Positions 1 through 9,451 of a stretch of 64,000 nt of DNA are shown piece by piece. Source of the DNA: Candidatus Dormiibacterota bacterium (GTDB taxonomy: Bacteria; Chloroflexota; Dormibacteria; Aeolococcales; Aeolococcaceae); the NCBI GenBank assembly GCA_963751755.1, contig CAVVVH010000004.1, forward strand, positions 261,822 through 325,821. Direction: 5' to 3'. Position numbers and translations under genes: made by a program. Numbering within the stretch: the first letter of the stretch is position 1; each line of letters starts with the position of its first letter. The notes beneath the pieces were generated by a model. That model was given only the letters and a program-made list of their open reading frames with translations. It had not been told where the DNA came from and did no database searches.

Positions 1-341
1 TCGCCAGCACCGACGGCAGCGTCGTGGTCGAGGTCGACGTGGTCACCGACGTTGACGCGGCCGGCGCGGCGTCCGACTACCCGCCCTACCAGAGCGCAGC
101 GGCCAGCCAGGCGGGGACCCGGCCGTCAGCGTTGCCGGCCAACCTGGGGCAGCGGTCGAACGAGTACGTGGGCACCAACGCGGCGAGCGACAGCGTCGCC
201 TCCATCTCGTTCGTCGAGGGCCGGTACATCGCGGTGGTGACGGCCGTCGGCAGTGGAACCGCGACGCCCGACGTCGTCAGGGCAAGCGCGGAGTCCATCG
301 CGCAGGCGCAGGACAACAAGATCAACGGCACCGGGCGCTGA
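1..341 (+). CDS. C-terminal end of an uncharacterised protein (gene begins upstream of the window)
   Basis: Frame 3 is open from the window edge to TGA 339-341 (track ORF 24..341). No family motif recognised. The next gene starts 2 nt later. Confidence 0.35.
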   Translation, partial: ASTDGSVVVEVDVVTDVDAAGAASDYPPYQSAAASQAGTRPSALPANLGQRSNEYVGTNAASDSVASISFVEGRYIAVVTAVGSGTATPDVVRASAESIAQAQDNKINGTGR

Positions 342-342
342 C

Positions 343-1110
343 ATGGCAACACCTCTGACCGGGACGGTCGCGATCGTCACCGGCGCATCCAGCGGCATTG
401 GTGAGGCGACCTCCGTTGCCCTCGCGCAGAACGGCGCCCACGTCGTGATCGCGGCGCGGCGGCGCGAGCGGCTGGAGAGCCTGTCGAACCGCATCGCAGG
501 AGCCGGCGGCTCGGCGACACCGGTGGAGTGCGACGTCACCGACGAGGCGCAGGCGCGCGTGCTCGTGGATCGCACGATCGAGGAGTTGGGGCGCCTCGAC
601 ATCCTCATCAACAATGCCGGCGTGATGCTGCTGGGCAAGGTGGAGGGCGCGAACACCGCGCAGTGGCGGCAGATGCTCGACCTCAACGTCGCCGCGCTGA
701 TGACGCTGTCGCATGCGGCACTGCCACATCTGCTCGATGCGGCCACGAAGGAGCCGCGCCGCGTCGCCGACATCGTCAACGTGAGCAGCGTCGCGGGGCG
801 GGTCGCGCGGCTCGGCAGCGGCGCGTACAACGCCAGCAAGTGGGCCGTCAACGCGTTCAGCGAGGCGCTCCGCCAGGAGGTGACCGCGCGCCACCTGCGG
901 GTCGGTCTCATCGAGCCGGGCGCCGTGGACACCGAGCTGGCGTCGCACAACACCGACCCGGAGGTGGTGGCGAACATGCGCAAGCGATTCGGCGCCATGG
1001 AGCGCATGACCGCAGAGGACATCGCCGAGGCGGTGTTGTTCATGGTGACGCGTCCGCGCCACGTCGCCATCAACGAGATCCTCGTCAGGCCGACCGAGCA
1101 GGCGGACTGA
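343..1110 (+). CDS. short-chain dehydrogenase/reductase (SDR) family oxidoreductase
   Basis: Track ORF 253..1110 trimmed to ATG 343. TGASSGIG cofactor motif, NNAG, and YNASK (YxxxK) catalytic motif. Confidence 0.9.
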   Translation: MATPLTGTVAIVTGASSGIGEATSVALAQNGAHVVIAARRRERLESLSNRIAGAGGSATPVECDVTDEAQARVLVDRTIEELGRLDILINNAGVMLLGKVEGANTAQWRQMLDLNVAALMTLSHAALPHLLDAATKEPRRVADIVNVSSVAGRVARLGSGAYNASKWAVNAFSEALRQEVTARHLRVGLIEPGAVDTELASHNTDPEVVANMRKRFGAMERMTAEDIAEAVLFMVTRPRHVAINEILVRPTEQAD

Positions 1111-1168
1111 CCTGCATCGACGCGGACTTCGTCCTCGGTGAACACGCCGACCCCCAAACCCATCGAAC

Positions 1169-2299
1169 GTGGCGGCACTGAACATCACGAGCGGTGCCAC
1201 GGAAAGGGACGACTACGGCGACGTAGAGTTGGCCGCGGCCGCCCGGTCCCGGGCGCCTGCGAGGGGGCAGAGATTGGTCCGCCATGCCGCGTGCTGTGCC
1301 GCTGTCGCCGTCTTCCTGGTGACCCTGACGGCGTGCGGCAGCGCTCCGGCCCCCAGCCCCACCCCGACCGGCGCTCCGACAGCCACCCCGGTGCCGACGC
1401 CCACCCCCACCCTCGGTCCTCCGCAGGTGGCGGAGTTCGCGGTGCTGAGCGGCGGTGACGGGCCGGCAGGCATCGTCCTCGGCCCGGACGGCAACCTCTG
1501 GTTCCTCGAGACAGAGGCCTCGAAGATCGGGCGGGTCACCCCCGCGGGTGTGGTCAGCGAGTTCGCGCTGCCCCAGCACGGCCGTCCCTACATCGACATC
1601 GTCGCCGGCCCTGACGGCAACCTCTGGTTCCCGGACGACGTGGGCCAGCACATCGGCAGGATCACCACCGCCGGGGTGATCACAGAGTTCCCGCTGCCGG
1701 CGGGCAGCGACCCCAACGGGGTCACCGTCGGGCCCGACGGCAACATCTGGTTCACCGAGTTCGGTCGCAACATCGTGGCGCGGATCACGCCCGCGGGGCA
1801 GGTCACCGAGGTGACCCACCTCGCGGCGGGGAATGGGCCGGACGGGATCACCAAGGGTCCCGACGGCAACCTCTGGTTCACCGAGTACGACGGCAGCCGG
1901 ATCGGCCGGGTCACCCCGGGAGGGACCGTCGCCGAGTTCAAGACGCCGACGCCACACGCCGGCCCGGTGCGCATCATCACCGGCCCGGACAACGCGCTCT
2001 GGGTGACCGAGTACGACGGCGGCAAGGTCGGTCACGTCACCCCGGACGGGACCATCACCGAGCTCCCCATGACCTTCAGCCAGCCCGACGGCATCTCGGT
2101 CCGGAAGGGCCAGGTGTGGATCACCGAGGAGAGCGGCAACAGGGTCGACGAGATCTCGCTGACAGCGACGCTCCTGGCGCTGACCATGCCGCAGGCTCGC
2201 AGCGGGCCGGAGCAGATCGCGCTCGGCCCCAGCGACACGCTCTGGGTCAGCGAGTACACCGGGCACCGCATCGCGCGGGTGACCATCCCGGCCTCCTGA
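1169..2299 (+). CDS. secreted lipoprotein with Vgb (virginiamycin B lyase)-like beta-propeller repeats
   Basis: 376-aa ORF with lipobox LTAC followed by a P/T linker. About seven tandem units carry a GPDGN(L/I)WF(T)E motif. TTG 1274, preceded by GAGGGGG, is a plausible alternative start that gives a normal signal peptide. Confidence 0.7.
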   Translation: MAALNITSGATERDDYGDVELAAAARSRAPARGQRLVRHAACCAAVAVFLVTLTACGSAPAPSPTPTGAPTATPVPTPTPTLGPPQVAEFAVLSGGDGPAGIVLGPDGNLWFLETEASKIGRVTPAGVVSEFALPQHGRPYIDIVAGPDGNLWFPDDVGQHIGRITTAGVITEFPLPAGSDPNGVTVGPDGNIWFTEFGRNIVARITPAGQVTEVTHLAAGNGPDGITKGPDGNLWFTEYDGSRIGRVTPGGTVAEFKTPTPHAGPVRIITGPDNALWVTEYDGGKVGHVTPDGTITELPMTFSQPDGISVRKGQVWITEESGNRVDEISLTATLLALTMPQARSGPEQIALGPSDTLWVSEYTGHRIARVTIPAS

Positions 2300-2363
2300 C
2301 CCGCCGCGCTGTCGCGCAAGAGAGTGCGTTCCGCGTTCGTTTGAACTGGCACGGAGGTGGCGG

Positions 2364-5342
2364 ATGCGGTCACGGGTTCTTCGACGTCCTCGCGCGCGCC
2401 GTGCGTTCAGCGCCGGCGCCGTGCTGTTCGGCGTCCTGGCGACCACGTCCCCGGCGCAGGCAGCCGGGTGGACGCCGCCGCCCCCGACGTACCAGCTCAA
2501 CGACTCGTCCGGCGGCAACGTGCTCAGCATCCTGCCACCGGGAGAGCACGGCCTCTACAACGCCCAGGACATCGCGCTGTGGGAGGCCACCAACGCCCGG
2601 CCTGGCGGCGCCAGCGACCAGCTCGGACCGTACACCAACCTCCTGTACCACTCGCAGGGGCTCACCGACTCGCAGCTGCCCAACTACTACAACGACGAGT
2701 CCTTCGGCATCCCCGCCTCGCAGGTGACGAGGACCGAGACGCCGTCGAGCACCACACCGGTGGTCATCTACCGCGACACCCACGACGTACCGCACATCTA
2801 CGCGCAGGACCGGCAGTCGCTGGCGTACGGCGCCGGCTACGCGGCTGCCGAGGACCGTCTGTTCATGATGGACGTGCTCCGTCACTACGGTGCGGGCAAC
2901 CTCTCCGCATTCCTGGGACCGTCGTGCGCCGACGAGCAGATGGACCACAACTCGCTGCTGCTCGGCGGCTACACGACCGCGCAGAAGCAGGCTCAGCTCG
3001 ACGCCCTGCCGGCGCAGTACGGACCGCTCGGCCAGGAGCTGCACGACTTCGCGACGTCGTACGTCAATGGCATCAACCAGTACATCAAGGCAACGCAGAC
3101 CGATCCGACACTGCTCCCGGCTGACTACGCGGCCGCCGTCGGCCCGCCGCAGACCTGGGTGCCGACCGACATCATCGACATCGCGACGCTGGTCGGCGGC
3201 ATCTTCGGCAAGGGCGGTGGCAACGAGACCGCCAACGCCAAGCTGCTTCGCTACCTGCAGGGTCAGTTCGGCGGCGTGCCCGGCCAGACGATCTTCAACG
3301 ACTTCAAGCTGCAGAACGATCCCAGCGCGCCGACGACCACCAGCACCTCGTTTCCGTACGAGCAGACGGGCACCGCGGACCCCGCCAAGGTGGCGCTGGT
3401 CGACACCAACCAGCTCGCCGGCGGCCCCGCCGGGACCACGACCGGTTGTGACGCCACCAAGCCCAGCCTGCCTGCGCTGCGGATCCTCGCCAGCCTGACC
3501 ACGCTCCCGCAGGAGATGAGCAACGCGCTGCTCCTCGACGGCGCGCACACCGTCGACGGACACCCGATCGCCGTGATGGGCCCGCAGGTGGGGTACTACA
3601 CGCCGCAGATCCTCATGAAGGAGGACCTCCACGCGCCGGACTTCGATGCCGAGGGAACGTCCTTCCCTGGCACCAACTTCATCGTGGAGCTCGGCCGGGG
3701 CCGCAACTTCGCATGGTCAGCGACGTCAGCGAACACAGACAACGTCGACCAGGTGGCCGAGAAGGTGTGCAAGCCCGGCGGCGGCGCACCCGATCCTCAG
3801 GGAAAGCTCTACCTCTACAAGGGCGTCTGCACAGCGATGCAGCACCAGGTCTTCAGCGAGACCGCCTTCACCAAGCCGGGCGGCCTGGGCGACCCGGTGA
3901 CGATCACCCATGACGTGTACTACACCGTGCACGGCGTGGTGCAGGGATGGACGACAGTCGACGGCGCGCCCGTGGCCATCGTCAACGATCGCAGCACGTA
4001 CCACCACGAGGTGGACTCCGGGGTCGGGTTCCTCCGTTGGAACCGGCCCTCGTACACCAACGACGCGGCGTCGTTCATGCAGGGCGCAGGCAGCATCCAG
4101 TACACGTTCAACTGGTTCTACATCGACACCAACGCCATCGCCTACTACCAGTCGGGGCTCGACCCGGTTCGCTCGCCTGGCGTCGACCCCAGCCTACCCT
4201 GGTGGGGCACCGGCAACGCCGAGTGGCAGGGCTACCTCTCGTTCGCCGGTCACCCGCACCAGACCGGCTCGCCGACCGGCTACATCCTCAGCTGGAACAA
4301 CAAGCCCGCACCCGGTTTCGCCGCCGCCGACGACAACTACACGTACGGTCCGGTGCAGCGCATGCTGTCCCTGCAGCGGGCGCTCGCCGCGCAGCTCAAC
4401 GCCCATGCGCAGAAGCTGACCCGCGCCAACCTGGTCAGCGCGATGGAGAGCGCCGCCACCGTCGACCTCACCGGGACGACGGTCCTGCCTGAGCTGCTCA
4501 CCGCGGTGTCGGGCAGCTCACACCCCGCCGGCGTGCAGGCGATGCTGAGCGCGCTGCAGACGTGGCTGAGCCACGGTGCCAAGCGCATCAAGACCGCGCC
4601 CGCGGACTCTCAGTACGCCGACGCAGCCGCGGTCGCGATCATGGACCAGCTCTACCCGGCGGTGGTGCAGGTGTTCTTCGACGCGCTGTTCAAGGCGGGC
4701 GGCGTGAGCACCGAGCTGGGACTTCCTGCCAGGTACGACGTGGTCCCCGAGGCCTTCAGTCAGAACCCCAACCAGACCGGCGGCGGCGGCTCGTCCTACT
4801 ACGGGGGCCTGCAGAGCCAGGTGGTGAAGGCGTTGCGCCAGCTCAACGGTGAACCCGTCCCGCAGCCGTTCACCCCCACCACGCGCGGTGAGCTGTGTGG
4901 CGGTGGCGGGCTCAGCGGCTGCGTGGCGCTGCTCAACAAGGCGCTGGCAGACACGTACGCCGCGCTGTCGGCGAGCAACGGCGGGTCGACGACCCCCTCA
5001 GCGTGGACCGCCAACGCCGAGACGCAGGCCGGCAACGCTCCAATGCCGCAACTCGATGCCATCTCCTTCGCCGCGGTGGGCATCGCCACCCAGCCGAGCA
5101 TCGACTGGCAGAACCGGCCCACCTTCCAGCAGGTGGTGGAGTTCACCGGGTCGCCGGCCGTCGGGGTGCCAGAAGCGCCGTCACCACTGTTATTGCGTGC
5201 CGCTCGCCGGACTCGTCGCGGCGGTGCTGCGCCGCCGTCGCAGCCTCTCGCGTCCCACCGTTGCGCGTCTGGCGGCCTAGACTGCGCTCTCCGCCGCTGC
5301 GGTGACCATCCCGGCGAGGAGAGGCGATGCGACTGCTGGTGA
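2364..5342 (+). CDS. penicillin acylase family protein (Ntn hydrolase), secreted
   Basis: 992-aa intact ORF with a GGAGG-type RBS and an N-terminal signal (RR...PAQA). The beta-chain nucleophile context QEM-SNALLL is present and the length is typical of the family. The last ~55 codons look non-protein-like, so the true 3' end may be 5280 in the +1 frame (see finding). Confidence 0.85.
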   Translation: MRSRVLRRPRARRAFSAGAVLFGVLATTSPAQAAGWTPPPPTYQLNDSSGGNVLSILPPGEHGLYNAQDIALWEATNARPGGASDQLGPYTNLLYHSQGLTDSQLPNYYNDESFGIPASQVTRTETPSSTTPVVIYRDTHDVPHIYAQDRQSLAYGAGYAAAEDRLFMMDVLRHYGAGNLSAFLGPSCADEQMDHNSLLLGGYTTAQKQAQLDALPAQYGPLGQELHDFATSYVNGINQYIKATQTDPTLLPADYAAAVGPPQTWVPTDIIDIATLVGGIFGKGGGNETANAKLLRYLQGQFGGVPGQTIFNDFKLQNDPSAPTTTSTSFPYEQTGTADPAKVALVDTNQLAGGPAGTTTGCDATKPSLPALRILASLTTLPQEMSNALLLDGAHTVDGHPIAVMGPQVGYYTPQILMKEDLHAPDFDAEGTSFPGTNFIVELGRGRNFAWSATSANTDNVDQVAEKVCKPGGGAPDPQGKLYLYKGVCTAMQHQVFSETAFTKPGGLGDPVTITHDVYYTVHGVVQGWTTVDGAPVAIVNDRSTYHHEVDSGVGFLRWNRPSYTNDAASFMQGAGSIQYTFNWFYIDTNAIAYYQSGLDPVRSPGVDPSLPWWGTGNAEWQGYLSFAGHPHQTGSPTGYILSWNNKPAPGFAAADDNYTYGPVQRMLSLQRALAAQLNAHAQKLTRANLVSAMESAATVDLTGTTVLPELLTAVSGSSHPAGVQAMLSALQTWLSHGAKRIKTAPADSQYADAAAVAIMDQLYPAVVQVFFDALFKAGGVSTELGLPARYDVVPEAFSQNPNQTGGGGSSYYGGLQSQVVKALRQLNGEPVPQPFTPTTRGELCGGGGLSGCVALLNKALADTYAALSASNGGSTTPSAWTANAETQAGNAPMPQLDAISFAAVGIATQPSIDWQNRPTFQQVVEFTGSPAVGVPEAPSPLLLRAARRTRRGGAAPPSQPLASHRCASGGLDCALRRCGDHPGEERRCDCW

Positions 5343-6130
5343 CCGCGCCGCGCAGCGTGCTCGGCCGGGCGGTGGCACAGCTGCGTGGGGGAGAGGATGA
5401 CCGCGGTGCGCCGGTCATCGTCAACCTTGCGCTGCAGGCGCCCAACACGCTGCTGCATGACGGGCACGCCTGGTGGGATGAGCCCGGCGCGCACATCCTC
5501 GCCTCCACGCGTCGCGTCCTGTCCGCTGCCGGACGGGACCGGGCGGCCTTCCTTGTGCACGCCAGCTACGCGTTCCTCGAGGGCGCCGAGGCAGGCGCCA
5601 AGGTGGGCAAGCGCATGCGTCCGATCGTCGACGCCGCGCGTGAGGCGGAGCGGCTGGTGCTGGACGGCGCTCAGCCCGCGTGCGTGGTGCGCCTTGGATA
5701 CCTGTACGGGCCGGACTGGCGCGACCTGCGTGCGTACCGGCGGGCGTTCCGGCTGGGCAGACCCTACTGGGCCGGTCCGCGCCGCAACCTGCAGCATCAC
5801 CTGTACTGCGACGACGCCGCACGCGCGCTCCTCACCGCCGCGCAACGCCGGCCCGCGGGGCGTCTCACCTATGCCAGCGACGGCACGCCGGCCTCGTTCG
5901 CCGACTTCATGGACCACTTCGCGCACCTCGTCGGTCGCTCACGCCCACTCCACCTGCCCGCGGCGTCGCGGCCCTTCGTGCAGCTGGTGGTGCGCGAGCC
6001 GCACATGGAGATGGTGGAGATGGCGGCCACCGGACCGGCCGCCCCACGGCTGCCGGGATGGCGGCCGCGTGTCACCAACTATCGTGACGGGCTCGCCGAG
6101 GTGGTTCGGACATGGACGGCGGAGCGCTGA
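5327..6130 (+). CDS. NAD-dependent epimerase/dehydratase-like protein with a degenerate Rossmann glycine motif
   Basis: 267-aa ORF with a GGAGAGG RBS. The N-terminus MRLLVTAPRSVLGRAV aligns to the usual MRILVTGATGFIGxxL but lacks the glycines. The rest has extended-SDR-like spacing. The call is tentative. Confidence 0.45.
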   Translation: MRLLVTAPRSVLGRAVAQLRGGEDDRGAPVIVNLALQAPNTLLHDGHAWWDEPGAHILASTRRVLSAAGRDRAAFLVHASYAFLEGAEAGAKVGKRMRPIVDAAREAERLVLDGAQPACVVRLGYLYGPDWRDLRAYRRAFRLGRPYWAGPRRNLQHHLYCDDAARALLTAAQRRPAGRLTYASDGTPASFADFMDHFAHLVGRSRPLHLPAASRPFVQLVVREPHMEMVEMAATGPAAPRLPGWRPRVTNYRDGLAEVVRTWTAER

Positions 6131-7650
6131 CACCGGTCCCGCGTTTCCTGCCCTTGGTTGTCTTCACCGCCGGCGCAGGATCCCTGGCCACGGAGATCTG
6201 CGCCTCGCGCCTGCTGGCTCCGTACTTCGGCAACACCACCGTTGTGTGGGCAAACGTCATCGGGCTGATCCTCGTGTACCTCTCGGTGGGGTACTGGCTG
6301 GGCGGGCGGTTCGCCGATCGCCATCCGCACCCGCGTGTGCTCGGCGGGTTGCTGTTGGTGGCGAGCGCAGCCATCAGCGTGCTGCCGTTCGTGGCGCAGC
6401 CATTCCTGCAGCTGGCGCTGCAGGGCTTCAGCGCGCTGAGCATCGGCGTGGTGGCGGGCTCGTTCTTCGCCACTCTGTTGCTGTTCAGTGTCCCGGTGTC
6501 GCTGCTCGGCATGGTGTCACCGTTCGCGGTGCGCCTGGCGGTGCGGGACGTGAGCACGGCAGGCTCGGTGAGCGGCCGCCTGTCATCGCTGACGACGATC
6601 GGCGCCATCGTCGGGACGTTCGTGCCGGCGCTGCTGCTCATCCCCGCGGTCGGCACGCAGCGCACCCTGCTCTGCGCGGCCTTGCTGGTGAGCTTGGCCG
6701 CCTTCCCTCTGCTGCCGCGTCGCGCGCCGATCGTCAGCGTTGTCGTCGCCGGCCTGCTCCTGATCCCACCCGGCGCGGTGAAGCCGGTCACCGGCGCCAT
6801 CCTCGAGCGCGAGACGCAGTACCAGTACGTGCAGGTGGTGCACACCTCCGATGGGCGCACCGCGCTGCGGCTCGACGACGGCATCGCCGACCAGTCGGTG
6901 TACCGACCGAACACCGTCCTGACCGGCGGCGAGTGGGACATGCCACTGGTGGTGCCGCCGCTGCTCGACCGGCCCATGCGGCGCGCGCTGATCCTCGGCA
7001 ACGCCGGCGGCACGATGGCGCGCTCGCTGGCCCACGAGTACCCCGGCGTCCAGATCGATGGCGTCGAGCCGGATCCCGCGGTGAGCGACATCGGACGCCG
7101 GCTGATGGGGATGGCGTCAGTGCCCGGGCTCCACGTCATCGAGGGCGACGGCCGCGCGTTCCTGGCGACGACATCAGCCCGCTACGACCTCGTCATCGTC
7201 GACGCGTACCGGCAGGCCTACGTGCCGTTCTGGTTGGTGACGCAGCAGTTCTTCACGCTGGCGCGCCGCCATCTCAGCCCCGGTGGCGCGATCGCTTTCA
7301 ACATGGCACGCGTGCCCGGTGACGACCGGCTAGCGCAGGCGGTGAGTGGCACACTGGCGACGGTCTTCCCGGACGTTCGCGTGTGGCCGGCGCTGAGCTT
7401 CAACGAGCTGGTGGTGGGGTTCGACCACGCGCTGCCCACGGTGGCTTTGCGCGAGCGTCTCGCGCGCCTGCCGCAGGAGCTGGCCGTGCTGACCCCGCTG
7501 GTGTCGAGGCAGTTGCGCACAGTGGCGCCGAGCAGCGACCCGCTCACCGACGACCGGGCGCCGGTGGAGTGGCTCACCGACCGCGCTCTGCTCGAGGAGA
7601 TCGCGGCCGGCGGGCACTTCTCGGAGGACCTGCTGCCGACGCGGCCGTGA
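6112..7650 (+). CDS. membrane-anchored spermidine synthase-like protein (polytopic N-terminal domain fused to an aminopropyl/methyltransferase fold)
   Basis: 512-aa intact ORF. About 7 hydrophobic segments in the first 220 aa, then ALILGNAGGTMARSL and YDLVIVDAY motifs typical of spermidine synthase-type SAM-fold enzymes. Confidence 0.75.
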   Translation: MDGGALTPVPRFLPLVVFTAGAGSLATEICASRLLAPYFGNTTVVWANVIGLILVYLSVGYWLGGRFADRHPHPRVLGGLLLVASAAISVLPFVAQPFLQLALQGFSALSIGVVAGSFFATLLLFSVPVSLLGMVSPFAVRLAVRDVSTAGSVSGRLSSLTTIGAIVGTFVPALLLIPAVGTQRTLLCAALLVSLAAFPLLPRRAPIVSVVVAGLLLIPPGAVKPVTGAILERETQYQYVQVVHTSDGRTALRLDDGIADQSVYRPNTVLTGGEWDMPLVVPPLLDRPMRRALILGNAGGTMARSLAHEYPGVQIDGVEPDPAVSDIGRRLMGMASVPGLHVIEGDGRAFLATTSARYDLVIVDAYRQAYVPFWLVTQQFFTLARRHLSPGGAIAFNMARVPGDDRLAQAVSGTLATVFPDVRVWPALSFNELVVGFDHALPTVALRERLARLPQELAVLTPLVSRQLRTVAPSSDPLTDDRAPVEWLTDRALLEEIAAGGHFSEDLLPTRP

Positions 7651-7658
7651 GCGCTGGA

Positions 7659-9449
7659 TCAGCCGGCCAGCAGCAGCGAGGTCTCCAGCATCAGCGCGTG
7701 CACGAACGCCTGGGGCAGGTTGCCGCGCAGCTGACGCTGACGCACATCGAACTCCTCGCAGAACAGCCCCGACGGACCGCACGCCGCGCGGGTGCGCTCG
7801 AACCACCGAGCCGCGTCCACCGGTCGCCCGGCGAGGTGCAGGTGGGCGGCCATCATGAACCCGCACAGCAGGAAGGCGCCCTCCGCCTCCCCCAGCGGCC
7901 GGGCGTCGGGGCGAAACCGGTAGACATACCCGTCGTCGACCAGCTCATCCTGGATCGCCGCCATGGTCGCGAGCGCTCGCGGGTCGCCCGGCGGGATGGC
8001 GCCGCGGACCACGGCCATCAGGAGAGCGGTGTCGACGCGCGCGTCGTCCGCGGCGCGCTTCCAGGCGCCGTTGTCGCCGACGCTGTCACCGCCTGCGGCC
8101 GCCAGGATCACGTCGGCCAGGCTCATCCAGGCTCCCGCGGCACTGCTCGGCGCCACCTGGGCAGCGGCGCGCAAACCCGCGACACAGGTGAGCCTGCTGT
8201 GCGTCCAGTGTCGCTGGTCCAGCTCCCAGATGCCCGCGTCGGGGTCCTGCCAGCGACGCTCCACCACCGTCACCGCCGTCTCCAGCGCCCGCCGGCCGGG
8301 GTCGGTCAGGCGATCGCGTGCCGCGGCGGCGGCGAGCAGCAGCAATGCCTCACCGCACGCGTCGAGCTGGAACTGCGTGTTGACGTGGTTGCCGACGACG
8401 TCAGTGCCGCCGGGGTACCCGGGGAGCTTGATGCGCCGCTGGTCGGGCACGCGGCCACCGGTCACCGTGTACGCCGGGCGTAGCTGCGGACCGTCGGCAA
8501 GCAGTCGCTCACTGACGAAGGCGACCGCGCTGTCGGCCACCTCGTGGAACCCGGTGCGCAATGCTGCCTGGCCGGCGTAGCACTGGTCGCGGATCCACGC
8601 GAACCGGTAGTCATAGCTGTTGCCCTGCCTTGCGCGCTCGGGGAGCGACGTCGTGGCGGCGGCAACCATCCCCCCGCCCGCGCTGGTGAGCCCCGACATC
8701 ACCGCGCACGAGTGCAGCGCATCCCGGGCCGCGATCGAGTGGGAGACATCCGGCATGCGGCGCGCCCACTCCGCCTGCGTCTCCGTCCAGGCGCGCTCGG
8801 CTGCCGGGGCATCCTCGGCGGCGGCGCCACGTGGTTCGATCACCATGACCAGGTCGTGGTGCTCACCCGGCGCCACGGCCAGCTCCATGACCAGCGCGGT
8901 CGAGTCTGCGCGCGGAACGAGGGCCCTCGCACCACCCCACCACCGCACCTGCACGTCGTCGTGCTCGATGACCCAGGTGTCGCCGTCACGGCGCACCGCA
9001 CGAGGCGCGCGCGTGCCGAAGTGGGCGCGCAGCCTCAGCGTGCAGCGCACCCTGGCCGTCCCCTCGCACGCCACCAGCCGGCGCAGGATCACCGCACGAG
9101 CAGGACGGCTCGGGAGGGCGAGCGCCTCGCGGCACTCGATGATCGACTCGCGGGTCACCCAGCGGTTGCGCCAGATCAGCGTGCCAGGTTCGTAGTACCC
9201 ACCCCACACGTGGGCGTCGACCGGGGTGACCGCGTAGGACCCACCCCCACCGATGAGCGCGCTGAACAGCGCGGGATCGTGCCACCGCGGGAAGCACATC
9301 CACACGTAGTCTCCGTGCGGGCCCACCACGATGCCGCGCTCCCCATCGGCCAGCAGCGCGTACTCGCGCAGCACCATCGGCGCCGCTGTGGGATCGACAT
9401 CGACGCGGGCATCGGCGGCATGCCGCCCCTTGGCGGGACGCGCCGGCAT
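7659..9449 (-). CDS. glycoside hydrolase family 15 protein (glucoamylase/trehalase-like)
   Basis: 596-aa intact ORF with GH15-type motifs (DYRFAWIRDQCYAG, (alpha/alpha)6-barrel-like C-terminal half). Confidence 0.85.
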   Translation of the reverse strand: MPARPAKGRHAADARVDVDPTAAPMVLREYALLADGERGIVVGPHGDYVWMCFPRWHDPALFSALIGGGGSYAVTPVDAHVWGGYYEPGTLIWRNRWVTRESIIECREALALPSRPARAVILRRLVACEGTARVRCTLRLRAHFGTRAPRAVRRDGDTWVIEHDDVQVRWWGGARALVPRADSTALVMELAVAPGEHHDLVMVIEPRGAAAEDAPAAERAWTETQAEWARRMPDVSHSIAARDALHSCAVMSGLTSAGGGMVAAATTSLPERARQGNSYDYRFAWIRDQCYAGQAALRTGFHEVADSAVAFVSERLLADGPQLRPAYTVTGGRVPDQRRIKLPGYPGGTDVVGNHVNTQFQLDACGEALLLLAAAAARDRLTDPGRRALETAVTVVERRWQDPDAGIWELDQRHWTHSRLTCVAGLRAAAQVAPSSAAGAWMSLADVILAAAGGDSVGDNGAWKRAADDARVDTALLMAVVRGAIPPGDPRALATMAAIQDELVDDGYVYRFRPDARPLGEAEGAFLLCGFMMAAHLHLAGRPVDAARWFERTRAACGPSGLFCEEFDVRQRQLRGNLPQAFVHALMLETSLLLAG

Positions 9450-9451
9450 CC

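Noticed and set aside
126-7322. Long ORFs antisense to or overlapping the SDR, Vgb-like, acylase and spermidine-synthase-like genes (e.g. 126..1178 -, 1085..2530 -, 2370..3632 -, 5385..7322 +)
   Set aside because: Their translations are dominated by Arg/Pro/Ala/Gly runs with no motifs. They sit opposite or out of frame to ORFs with clear family signatures. This is the typical high-GC shadow-ORF artefact. The same applies to 45108..46844 - and 62377..63633 -.
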